A DNA stretch of 53,139 nt from Candidatus Dormibacteria bacterium (GTDB lineage Bacteria > Chloroflexota > Dormibacteria > Aeolococcales > Aeolococcaceae). The first letter of the stretch is position 1. Every line of letters begins with the position of its first letter. The notes beneath the pieces are model-generated. The model was not told where the DNA came from and ran no database searches. It was given only the letters and a program-made list of their open reading frames with translations. The stretch covers positions 1-53,139 of the forward strand of contig JBHEMT010000071.1 in assembly GCA_046262435.1 (NCBI GenBank), written 5' to 3'. Made by a program: the position numbers and the translations under genes. Below are positions 37,189 through 45,691 of this stretch, one piece after another.

Positions 37189-39288
37189 ATGGTGGCCTGG
37201 GCCGCGGCACGGCGCCCAGGGAGGCTCCCCTCTTCCTTCAGCGCTCGTTTCGCCGCCATCCTCGGGGTGCTCGGCCTGCTGGTCTCCGCTCTCCCGCTGA
37301 CCCTCCAGGCAAACGACGTGCGCAACTCCGCGGTGGCCCGCGCCACGGACCGGGTCGCCATCGTTGCCAGCCTGGTCAGTGCTGAGCGCCAGTCTCTGGC
37401 CGCGTACGCCCAGGGGACAGCCAATCAGCTGAGCGGCACCCTGGCCCAGCCCGGCGGCGCTGCGCTCCTTTCCACCGTGCTCGTGGACGACGCGCGCACC
37501 AACAACGTCCTGCTCGCCTTCAGCAGTCCGACACGTATGGACGTCGCCGACCCTCGGCATTTGGCCGGCCCCGGGCCGGACCTGGCCGCAGTGACCCGGG
37601 CGGCGGGAACCCGTGGTGGCGAGGTGGTACGCCTCGCCGGCGCATCGCCTTGGGTGGTCGCCGCGCAACCACTCCCCGGGGGGGCCGGAAGCGTGGTCGT
37701 GGGCCGGCCGATCGACGCTCGCTTTGTGAGCGACTCCACTCAAGTGGCAGGTGGAGGTGACACCGGCGTCGCCATCGTGCGCGAGCACACCGTGGTCACC
37801 GCGGGGACGCTGGCGGGAGCGCGCATCGGTTCGGGCACTCCGCTTCCCCCCGGCGTTCGATCAGCGGTGTCGGGCGCCAATTCCGCCGGCACCACCTCGC
37901 TCGACGGACACAGCGTTGCCCTCGCCTCGCGATCGCTCGGCGGCGGCTACGACGCGGTGGTCAGTGTGCCGGTCGCCGGAATCCTGGGTACTGTGGTGGC
38001 CGCGGCGCTGGGTCCGCTGGTGCTGGTGGCCGCGGCGATGATCTGGCTGGCGCTGATCGTGCGCCGCGACCTACAGCTCCCCCTCTATCGCCTCGACAGG
38101 GCGGTTGCCGCACTCGCGGAAGAGGACTTCACAGCACCCGTCCCGAGTAGCACCGACGACGAGGTCGGCAGGCTGGGGGCCAGCTTCGAGCGCATGCGGG
38201 GCGAGCTGAGGTCGGTGATCGACAACACCGCCGCTCGGGCTGCGGTCGCCTCCGAGCTCAACGCGCAGCAGCCGCTGCAGACCGCCCTCGAGTCGGTCTG
38301 CGAGCATATTGCCCGGGCTCTGCAGGCGGGCAGAGTCATGATCATTGTCAACAGCCCCGACCTGGCCGACCCATACTGCGTGAGCGTCGGCGGACCGGAG
38401 ATCGACGACCCCGGTCCCTTCCTGCTGGGCGATGGCCCGATCGGTCACGCGGCGCGCCTCACCGATGGCCGCTCACTGCTCGCCTGCGCCAGCGCACAGG
38501 CCCCGGAGGTTGACCGCGGCCTCAGCGAAATCTGCGCGGCCCCGGTTCGGATTGGCTCGCGCGGACTTGGCGTGCTCGCCGTCGCCGATCGGCTCGACGG
38601 CTTTCGGACCAGCGACATCAGTCTCATCGAGTCGAGCGCCGAGCAGATCGCACTGGCGCTCGAACGCTATCGCTTCCTCGCCGTGGTTCAGCAGCAGGCG
38701 AGCACCGACGAGCTCACCGGATTGCACAACTACCGTTTCCTGGTCGACTACCTGGACCAGCAGGTCGCCCTGGCGGAACGGCAGGGAACGCCCCTCGCGG
38801 TGCTGATGCTCGACATCGACCACTTCAAGCAGTTCAACGACCGGCACGGTCACCAGGCGGGTGACGTGGCTCTCCAGGTGTTCGCCGAGACGGTGGCCGG
38901 CGGGGTGCGCCGCTCCGACCTGGCTGCGCGATACGGAGGCGAGGAGTTCACCGTGGTGATGGCGAACACCCACCGCGACGACGCGCTGGTGGTCGCGGAG
39001 AAGATCCGCGCGTCGGTTGAGGCGGCCGTGATCCCTCTCGGTTCCGAGGCGCTGCAGATGACGGTGAGCATCGGCGCCGTCGCCTACCCGGAGGACACCG
39101 GAAGTGCCCGCGAGCTGCTGCGCCTGGCTGACGAGGCGCTGTACCGTGCCAAGGGAGCCGGCCGAAACCGGGTGTGCGTGTCGGAGAAGGTTGACCCCGC
39201 GCGCGCTCCGGGTCCCGGCAGCCGGCGCCTGGATCTCAGCGTCAGTGGAGACAGCGATGCCCGAACGGCGGATCGACCTGCGCAGTGA
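37189..39288 (+). CDS. Diguanylate cyclase: TM, extracytoplasmic sensor, TM, HAMP, GAF, GGDEF
   Basis: GGEEF active site with an RxxD I-site (RRSD) five residues upstream. DELTGLHNYRF. HAMP (DDEVGRLGASFERM). Two TM helices flank about 240 residues. Confidence 0.85.
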   Translation: MVAWAAARRPGRLPSSFSARFAAILGVLGLLVSALPLTLQANDVRNSAVARATDRVAIVASLVSAERQSLAAYAQGTANQLSGTLAQPGGAALLSTVLVDDARTNNVLLAFSSPTRMDVADPRHLAGPGPDLAAVTRAAGTRGGEVVRLAGASPWVVAAQPLPGGAGSVVVGRPIDARFVSDSTQVAGGGDTGVAIVREHTVVTAGTLAGARIGSGTPLPPGVRSAVSGANSAGTTSLDGHSVALASRSLGGGYDAVVSVPVAGILGTVVAAALGPLVLVAAAMIWLALIVRRDLQLPLYRLDRAVAALAEEDFTAPVPSSTDDEVGRLGASFERMRGELRSVIDNTAARAAVASELNAQQPLQTALESVCEHIARALQAGRVMIIVNSPDLADPYCVSVGGPEIDDPGPFLLGDGPIGHAARLTDGRSLLACASAQAPEVDRGLSEICAAPVRIGSRGLGVLAVADRLDGFRTSDISLIESSAEQIALALERYRFLAVVQQQASTDELTGLHNYRFLVDYLDQQVALAERQGTPLAVLMLDIDHFKQFNDRHGHQAGDVALQVFAETVAGGVRRSDLAARYGGEEFTVVMANTHRDDALVVAEKIRASVEAAVIPLGSEALQMTVSIGAVAYPEDTGSARELLRLADEALYRAKGAGRNRVCVSEKVDPARAPGPGSRRLDLSVSGDSDARTADRPAQ

Positions 39289-40309
39289 CACCTTCACGTT
39301 GCCGGGCGCGGCGATGCGCCGGGCCATGGCCGAGGCTGAGGTGGGTGACGACGTGTGGGGCGAGGATCCCACCGTGCGCCGGCTCGAGGAGCATGTCGCC
39401 GACCGGCTGAACAAGCAAGCTGCCGTCTACGTCCCCAGCGGGACGATGGGCAACCTGATCGGGGTCCTGGTCCACACCCGCCCCGGCGACGAGGTGATTC
39501 TCGATCGCGACTCGCACATCGCGTACTACGAGGTGGCCGGGACCGCGGTGGTCGGCGGCGTGCAACTGCGCACGCTCGACTGGCCGCGCGGGGCACCTTC
39601 CGCCGTTGAGGTGGAGGCGGCAATCCGCAGCGATGACGTCCACCAGCCCCCCTCCCGCCTGCTCTGTCTGGAGAACACCCACAACCGCCGCGGCGGCCTG
39701 GCGGTCACCGAGGCAGCCACGAGCGGCGCGGCCCAGGTCGCTCACGAGCACGGTTTGCAAGTCCACTGCGACGGGGCCCGGCTGTTCAACGCCGCGGTGG
39801 CGCTTCAGACCACGCCAGCAGCTCTGGTCGCCCAATGTGACACGGTGTCCGTGTGTCTCAGCAAGGGACTCGGCGCCCCTGTCGGCTCGGTACTCGTAGG
39901 TGACGGGGAGAGAATCGGTGAGGCGAGACGGTGGCGGAAGCGCCTCGGTGGCGGAATGCGCCAGGCCGGGGTCATTGCTGCCGGGGCTCTGTGGGCACTG
40001 GAACACAACGTCGAGCGCCTCGCGGAGGACCACGCCAACGCCCGGCGCCTCGCCGAACTTGTCGGCTGCCTACCCGGCATCGAGGTTGTGTCCGTTCCGG
40101 TCCCCACCAACATCGTGATGCTGCGCACCCGCGACTCGGCGACTGCCCTCGCAAGGGAGGCGGCGACGGCGGGAGTGCTGCTCACCGCGATGGGCCCGCA
40201 TCTTCTTCGTGCCACCACCCATCTGGGCATCGACGCCGACGCGGTGGAGGAGGTGGGCTCCCTGCTGACCGCGATGCTCAGCGGTTCGCCGAAGTCGGTA
40301 CCCGCCTAG
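39257..40309 (+). CDS. ltaE: Low-specificity L-threonine aldolase (beta-eliminating-lyase fold, PLP-dependent)
   Basis: IDLRSDTFTLPG...VGDDVWGEDPTV...PSGTMGNLIG and PLP-lysine CLSKGLGAPVGS. ATG 39257 overlaps the cyclase 3' end by 32 nt. Confidence 0.8.
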   Translation: MPERRIDLRSDTFTLPGAAMRRAMAEAEVGDDVWGEDPTVRRLEEHVADRLNKQAAVYVPSGTMGNLIGVLVHTRPGDEVILDRDSHIAYYEVAGTAVVGGVQLRTLDWPRGAPSAVEVEAAIRSDDVHQPPSRLLCLENTHNRRGGLAVTEAATSGAAQVAHEHGLQVHCDGARLFNAAVALQTTPAALVAQCDTVSVCLSKGLGAPVGSVLVGDGERIGEARRWRKRLGGGMRQAGVIAAGALWALEHNVERLAEDHANARRLAELVGCLPGIEVVSVPVPTNIVMLRTRDSATALAREAATAGVLLTAMGPHLLRATTHLGIDADAVEEVGSLLTAMLSGSPKSVPA

Positions 40310-40318
40310 ACGCAGAAC

Positions 40319-40344
40319 GAGCCCCCGCCCAATGGCGGGGGCTC
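40319..40344. terminator. Perfect 11-bp GC hairpin between convergent genes (bidirectional terminator candidate)
   Basis: GAGCCCCCGCC-caat-GGCGGGGGCTC. Located between the ltaE stop (40309) and the stop of the repeat-protein gene (40365). Confidence 0.6.
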
Positions 40345-40364
40345 GCTGCATGCTGGCGAGTGGG

Positions 40365-41051
40365 TCAGCTGCCCGAGGAGGAGTCGCCGCCGGGAATCAG
40401 GTTGCTCAGAACCGAGGGGACCGAAGCACCGCTCGAGCCACTGCTCCGCGCCCCGCGGCGGGTCCCGGTGCGGCGGGTGGCGCCGGTGGCCTTCGCGCTG
40501 CTGCGCTTGGCGCCGGTGCGCTTGGCGGTTGAGCGCTTGCCGCCGAGCCGTGCCGCGGCGGTGCTACCGGCCGCCCCGGTCCGCTTGGCGGTGGAGCGCT
40601 TGGCGGTAGACCGCTTGGCGGTGGTGGAGCGCTTGGCAGTGGCCCGCTTGGCCGTGGATCGCTTGGCGGTGGACCGCTTGGCGGTGGATCGCTTGGCGGT
40701 GGACCGCTTCGCCGTGGAGCGCTTCGCCGTGGAGCGCTTCGCCGTCGACCGCTTGGCGCTGGAGCTGCGTTTGGCACTGCTGGCCCCGCCGCGGACCGCC
40801 GACCCGACCCGTCCAACGGCCTTCTTGATCTCGCGTTCGAGACTGTTGACCGTCTTCTCGAGGTTGGCGAGCCGCTTGTCGAGGTCGCCGACAGGGAGAG
40901 CCTTGGCGAGGTTCTGCATCGCCTTCATGACGTCGCCGCCACTGCTGCGGGCGCTGCGGCGCGCTGTCGTGCTGGCACGTTTCACCGTGCGCCTGGCGGC
41001 ACCCGTTGAGCGCTTCGCCGCGCCCCTGGTGCTTCTCCTGGTCCTGGCCAT
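40365..41051 (-). CDS. Basic coiled-coil protein with a C-terminal (S-T-A-K-R)n pentapeptide array (phasin/histone-H1-like architecture)
   Basis: ATG 41051 with AAGGAGG (complement of 41059-41065) 7 nt upstream. Arg/Lys-rich N-terminus. Helical segment DVMKAMQNLAKALPVGDLDKRLANLEKTVNSLEREIKKAV. About 13 AKR-containing pentapeptide repeats follow, then a Ser/Gly tail. Confidence 0.7.
   Translation of the reverse strand: MARTRRSTRGAAKRSTGAARRTVKRASTTARRSARSSGGDVMKAMQNLAKALPVGDLDKRLANLEKTVNSLEREIKKAVGRVGSAVRGGASSAKRSSSAKRSTAKRSTAKRSTAKRSTAKRSTAKRSTAKRSTAKRATAKRSTTAKRSTAKRSTAKRTGAAGSTAAARLGGKRSTAKRTGAKRSSAKATGATRRTGTRRGARSSGSSGASVPSVLSNLIPGGDSSSGS
40582..40764 (-). repeat. In-frame tandem repeat: 12 copies of a 15-nt unit (one 18-nt copy)
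   Basis: Plus-strand unit CGCTTGGCGGTGGAN is repeated head-to-tail from 40582 to 40764, with degenerate copies at about 40504-40550 and 40765-40780. It encodes STAKR on the minus strand. Confidence 0.9.
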
Positions 41052-41506
41052 TGATGGGCCTCCTTGTGCCGGTGTGGTCCGACACTGCTGTGTTCTGACA
41101 GGAGGTGGAAAAAACACGCTCGCTGTCTGGTCGGTGCATAGCATGGTGGGTCACATATGTTCTGTCAATCTCATCTGTGTATTGGGCACCGCATATCGCG
41201 TCGCCACAGCGTGCGTCGCGCCGTCGCGGCGCGTCGGGTTGAACTCGGGTTGCGGCCAGCGGCGGCCGGTACCAGAGATGTTCGAGGCACTGCGCGGCTG
41301 TTCCGAACGGGTCACGACCCGTCCTTGCGCGTCCTCGCGAGCCAGCGGCGCACCGGCGGTGTGCAATGCATCCAGGCCGCGTTCCGGATGACCCCGCTAT
41401 GCGCCCGGCGGTGGACCCCGGCCGGGGGAGCACCGGTCTGAGAGCAGCGCGCACCGGGCGTATAGTCGCCGGCGCGGACGCCCGCACTCGTAAAGGAGTC
41501 CACCCG

Positions 41507-42013
41507 GTGGCCACCCACGTCCTCAAGAAGTACTCCAACCGCAAGCTCTACGACACCCGGTCGAAGCGCTACATCACTCTCGACGGAGTCGCCGAGCTTC
41601 TCCGCCGCGGCGATGAGGTTCAGGTGGTTGACCGCTCCACAGGCGATGACATCACCGCGGTGACCCTGAGCCAGGTGCTCGTCGATGCCTCCCGGCAGGG
41701 TCCGGGCGCCGACGAGGAAGGTGCGCGTCGCCGTGAGCAGCTGCTTGGCGCCGTCCGGGCATCACTCAGCCTGCCGCGCGAGCTCGGCCAGCGCGCCGCG
41801 GGTGGCCTCGCCCACCGTGTCGAGACTCGGGTCGACGATGTCTTCGCCGTCGGCCTGCGCAACCTGAACATCGCCAGCGCGGAGGAGGTGGCAGAACTCA
41901 CCCGGCGCGTGGACGAGCTCAGCGCCGGTCTCCGCGAGCTCCGCGCTGAGCTGGCGGCTCGGGGCGGCGGAGGGCCGCGCCGTGGGGGCACCCGCCTTCG
42001 GGAGAGCTCATGA
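41507..42013 (+). CDS. PhaR-like regulator (PHB/PHA accumulation regulator DNA-binding domain plus phasin-like C-terminal helix)
   Basis: GTG 41507 with AAGGAG at 41493-41498. LKKYSNRKLYDTRSKRYITLDGVAELLRRGDEVQVVDRSTGDDITAVTLSQVL matches the PhaR N-terminal domain. C-terminal NLNIASAEEVAELTRRVDELSAGLRELR. Confidence 0.75.
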   Translation: MATHVLKKYSNRKLYDTRSKRYITLDGVAELLRRGDEVQVVDRSTGDDITAVTLSQVLVDASRQGPGADEEGARRREQLLGAVRASLSLPRELGQRAAGGLAHRVETRVDDVFAVGLRNLNIASAEEVAELTRRVDELSAGLRELRAELAARGGGGPRRGGTRLRESS

Positions 42014-43284
42014 CCGGGTCCCTCGCCGCTGTGCCCAGCAGGCGCAACAGCGCCTTCAGTACCGCCCAGCACCAATTCGATGTTGCCGCTGAGCAGCTGC
42101 ACCTCAACGACTCCATCCGCGCCCACCTGCGCGAGGTGAAGAGAGAGCTGACCGTCACCTTCCCGGTGGAGTTCGACGATGGGCACTTCGAGGTGTTCAC
42201 CGGGTTCCGCGTCCAGCACAACATCGCCCGGGGGCCGGCCAAGGGCGGCCTTCGCTACTCGGCGCACATGACCATTGACGACGCGCGGGCGCTGGCCATG
42301 TTCATGACCTGGAAGTCGGCGGTGGTCGACCTTCCCTTCGGCGGGGCCAAGGGCGGCGTGGTGGTGGATCCCAAGCGACTCAGCCTGGCGGAGCTGGAGC
42401 GGCTGACGCGCCGTTTCACCACTGAGATCTCACTGCTGGTGGGTGCCGACAAGGATGTGCCCGCGCCCGACCTGGGCACCGACGAGCGGGTCATGGCCTG
42501 GATGATGGACACCCTGTCGATGCACGCCGGTCATACCGTGCCGGCCGCGGTGACCGGCAAGCCGATCGACATCGGCGGGTCCGCGGGACGCCACGCCTCG
42601 ACCGGCCGCGGCCTTGCTGCGGTGACCGTCGAGGTGTTGAAGAACCGGGGCATGCGCGTTGAGGGGGCCACGGTTGCCGTCCAGGGCTTCGGCCAGGTGG
42701 GCTCGCACGCGGCCCGGATGCTTGCCGCGGCCGGGTGCCGGGTCATCGCCGTGAGCGACAGCTCAGGGGGCGTCTACCGGGGTGACGGCGTCGACCTGGT
42801 CAGCCTGCGCGAGCACAAGAACGAGGGGGGCCGGATCGCCGAGTTCGGCGCCGGGGAGCGGATCAACAACCTCGAACTGCTCCATCTCGACGTCGACGTG
42901 CTCGTTCCCGCCGCGGTCGAGTCGGTGATCCGTCCGAGCAACGTCGGCGGGGTCCGCGCCAGGGTGATCGCCGAGGGGGCCAACGCGCCGCTTGCGCCCG
43001 AGGCCAACGCCACGCTCGAGGATCGCGGCGTGCTGATCATTCCCGACATCCTGGCCAACGCGGGTGGGGTGATTGTCAGCTACTTCGAGCTTGTTCAAGA
43101 CCTTCAGGCCTTCTTCTGGTCAGCCTCCGAGGTCAACAGCCGGCTCGACTCGCTGATCCTCCGCGCCTACGAGCAGGTGCGTGAAGAGGCCCGGGCGCGA
43201 GGCGGCTCGCTGCGCGAGGCGGCCTATCGTCTTGCCGTGGCCAAGGTCGCCAGTGCCACCGAGGTACGCGGGATCTACCCATGA
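42010..43284 (+). CDS. gdh: Glutamate dehydrogenase (Glu/Leu/Phe/Val dehydrogenase family)
   Basis: GGLRYS, catalytic PFGGAKGG, and Rossmann VAVQGFGQVGS. ATGA overlap with the PhaR-like stop. Confidence 0.85.
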   Translation: MTGSLAAVPSRRNSAFSTAQHQFDVAAEQLHLNDSIRAHLREVKRELTVTFPVEFDDGHFEVFTGFRVQHNIARGPAKGGLRYSAHMTIDDARALAMFMTWKSAVVDLPFGGAKGGVVVDPKRLSLAELERLTRRFTTEISLLVGADKDVPAPDLGTDERVMAWMMDTLSMHAGHTVPAAVTGKPIDIGGSAGRHASTGRGLAAVTVEVLKNRGMRVEGATVAVQGFGQVGSHAARMLAAAGCRVIAVSDSSGGVYRGDGVDLVSLREHKNEGGRIAEFGAGERINNLELLHLDVDVLVPAAVESVIRPSNVGGVRARVIAEGANAPLAPEANATLEDRGVLIIPDILANAGGVIVSYFELVQDLQAFFWSASEVNSRLDSLILRAYEQVREEARARGGSLREAAYRLAVAKVASATEVRGIYP

Positions 43285-44330
43285 GCCGCACCTCCCCCCG
43301 CGCTGCGCCCGCCCGCCGGGTGTTGGTCACCGGGGTTGGCGGCGTCCTCGGGGCCGCAGCGGCGACCCGGCTCGTCGCGGAGCCGGACGTCGCGCTGGTG
43401 ATCGGCGTGGATTCGTCCGTGCCCGTCGACCTCCCCCGGGGCGTCGAGTTTCTCCACGCCGACCTACGCCACCAGCTCCTCGGCCGGGTGATTGCGGCCG
43501 CCCGGATCGACACCGTGCTGCACCTCGGTGTCATCCACGACGAGCTCGCGGTGCGCCCCCGCTCGGCGCACGAGAGCAGCGTGCTGGGGACCGTCAACCT
43601 GCTCGCCGCCTGCTCAGAGGCCGACTCACCCGTGGGGCGGCTTGTGGTTCGCTCCAGTGCTGCGGTCTATGGCTGCGCTCCCGGCGACCCGTCGCTGCGT
43701 GTCGAGTCGGAGGAGTCGCGTGCGCTCGACGACGCGCTCGGGCGTGACGCCCTGGAAGTCGAGGCCTACGTGCGTGAGCACATGGTTCGCCGACCCTCCG
43801 GCGCGGTGGTGCTGCTCCGCTTCGGCGAGCTTGTCGCCCCCGGCACCTGGGTGACCCGCTGGCTCACCGGTCCGGCGATCCCGGCAGTGCTGGGGTTCGA
43901 TCCCCGTCTTCAGCTCCTCCACCTCGAGGACGCGGTGAGCGCCGTCCTCGCCGCCGCAGCGAACGGGTCCAGGGGCTGTCATAACGTGGCCGGGGCCGGC
44001 GTGGTGCTGCTCTCGCAGGCCGCCGCAAGGCTGGGCAGGCCCTTGCTCCCCCTGCTTCCTCCGGTGGCTGAGTCGGTCCCGATCGCGGCCATCCGTCGCC
44101 TCGGCGGGTACGACCTCGGTGGCCAGCGGAGCGCGTTGCTTCGCCACGGACGGGTGCTGAGCACGCGATCGTTGAGTCGGCAACTGGCGGTGACGACGCG
44201 TCCCACGGCCGCCACCCTCGCGTCCCTGGCCGGTGGCCCGGTGCGTGATGACCCCCCGTTCGGCAACCTCGGGGAGCGACAGCTCGAGGAGCTGCTGCGC
44301 TCCAAGGGCAGCGGTGCCGCCGGGCGCTGA
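43281..44330 (+). CDS. NAD-dependent epimerase/dehydratase-family (extended SDR) protein
   Basis: VLVTGVGGVLG Rossmann motif. ATGA overlap with the gdh stop. Substrate unknown. Confidence 0.7.
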   Translation: MSRTSPRAAPARRVLVTGVGGVLGAAAATRLVAEPDVALVIGVDSSVPVDLPRGVEFLHADLRHQLLGRVIAAARIDTVLHLGVIHDELAVRPRSAHESSVLGTVNLLAACSEADSPVGRLVVRSSAAVYGCAPGDPSLRVESEESRALDDALGRDALEVEAYVREHMVRRPSGAVVLLRFGELVAPGTWVTRWLTGPAIPAVLGFDPRLQLLHLEDAVSAVLAAAANGSRGCHNVAGAGVVLLSQAAARLGRPLLPLLPPVAESVPIAAIRRLGGYDLGGQRSALLRHGRVLSTRSLSRQLAVTTRPTAATLASLAGGPVRDDPPFGNLGERQLEELLRSKGSGAAGR

Positions 44331-44533
44331 CCAGCGGCTGCGACGGTCCTAGTCCCCCAGATGTAGTGGTAAGCGGCGACTGGGGCACAAGATGGGGGGA
44401 GGTGACCGGCGGCCCTTTGCTACACTCCCTCGATGGTGCTCCACGCCGTCGCCAGGCTGGCTTCCTCCGCCGCGGGAGGGGACGCCCGAGCGGCGCGGCC
44501 GGCGCGGACGGCTCGCGGACACGGGGGGTGGTG

Positions 44534-45691
44534 ATGGAGGAACTTGGTCGCAACAAGCGTGCCCGGCGCGCCTACGGCTTCGACGAGGTGGCGTTGGTTC
44601 CGGGTCGGGTGACCATCAACCCGGCTGAGATCGACGTCACCTTCGCGCTCAACGGCCACACCCTGCCCATCCCATTCCTTGCCGCCGCGATGGATGGGGT
44701 GGTTGACGTTCCCTTCGCCCAGGAGATGGGCCGCCTCGGTGGCCTGGGGGTGCTCAACCTCGACGGCGTTCAGACGCGCTACGAGGACCCGCGCGGGGTG
44801 CTCCGGGAGATCGCCGACACACCGCCCGAGCGGATCAACACCCTGCTCCAGAAGCTCTACAGCGCTCCGGTCCAGGACGGGCTGATCGGGCAGCGGGTGG
44901 AGGAGATCAAGTCGGCAGGAGTCGCCTGCGCAGTGTCCACCGCCCCCCAGCACGCGGAGCGCCGCGGCTCGATCGTGCAGGAGGCCGGCGCCGACGTCCT
45001 CGTCGTCCAGGGCACGGTGCTCACCGCGCGCCACATCAGCCAGTCGTACCGGCACCTCTCCTTCCGCGAGCTCTGCGACTCACTCGACATCCCGGTGATT
45101 GCCGGCAACTGCGTCGACTACGCCACCGCGCTGGAGCTGATGGACACCGGGATCAAGGGATTGCTGGTCGGGGTCGGGCCGGGGGCGGCCTGCACCACGC
45201 GTGCCGTGCTCGGCGTCGGCGTGCCCCAGGTCACCGCCACCGTGGACTGTGCCGCAGCCCGCGATGATCATCTCCGCCGCTCTGGCGAGCGGGTGGCGAT
45301 CATCACCGACGGAGGCATGCGCCTCGGTGGCGACGTCTGCAAGGCCTTCGCCAGCGGCGCCGACGCGGTGATGATCGGCTCGGTGTTCGCTGCCGCGGAG
45401 GAGGCCGCCGGGCACGGCAACCACTGGGGTATGGCAACGCCCGACCCCAACCTCCCGCGGGGCACCCGGATCCGGACCGGGGTCAAGGCGCCGCTGCGCG
45501 AGATGCTCTTCGGCCCGGCGCACGTGGACGACGGCTCCATGAACCTGGTGGGAGCGTTGAAGAATGCAATGGGCGTCTGCGGTGCCCGCAATGTCAAGGA
45601 GTTCCAGGAGACCGAGATGGTCATCGCCCCCTCGATCAAGACCGAGGGGAAGATGCAGCAGCGTGACCAGAAGGTCGGGATGGGCGCGTGA
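44534..45691 (+). CDS. guaB3: GuaB3-type IMP-dehydrogenase-related protein (no CBS pair)
   Basis: [11 protein letters not shown]..., [10 protein letters not shown] loop, [12 protein letters not shown]. About 385 aa without a CBS subdomain. ATG 44534 (GTG 44528/44531 are alternatives). Confidence 0.8.
   Translation: MEELGRNKRARRAYGFDEVALVPGRVTINPAEIDVTFALNGHTLPIPFLAAAMDGVVDVPFAQEMGRLGGLGVLNLDGVQTRYEDPRGVLREIADTPPERINTLLQKLYSAPVQDGLIGQRVEEIKSAGVACAVSTAPQHAERRGSIVQEAGADVLVVQGTVLTARHISQSYRHLSFRELCDSLDIPVIAGNCVDYATALELMDTGIKGLLVGVGPGAACTTRAVLGVGVPQVTATVDCAAARDDHLRRSGERVAIITDGGMRLGGDVCKAFASGADAVMIGSVFAAAEEAAGHGNHWGMATPDPNLPRGTRIRTGVKAPLREMLFGPAHVDDGSMNLVGALKNAMGVCGARNVKEFQETEMVIAPSIKTEGKMQQRDQKVGMGA

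Noticed and set aside
40490-40790. Regularly spaced short repeats that could be mistaken for a CRISPR array.
   Set aside because: The units are 15 nt, directly abutting with no spacers, and in frame within a gene with a good ribosome-binding site. No cas genes are present. This is a coding tandem repeat.
39931-41391. 486-aa plus-strand ORF with a (RLAVD)n repeat.
   Set aside because: It is the antisense reading of the STAKR repeat gene. It spans a terminator hairpin and the intergenic region, and has no start context.
41151-41441. Small ORFs (71-94 aa) inside the 455-bp intergenic gap.
   Set aside because: Their translations are Arg/Pro/Cys-rich, they have no ribosome-binding site, and they overlap one another on both strands. 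The region is better treated as non-coding.
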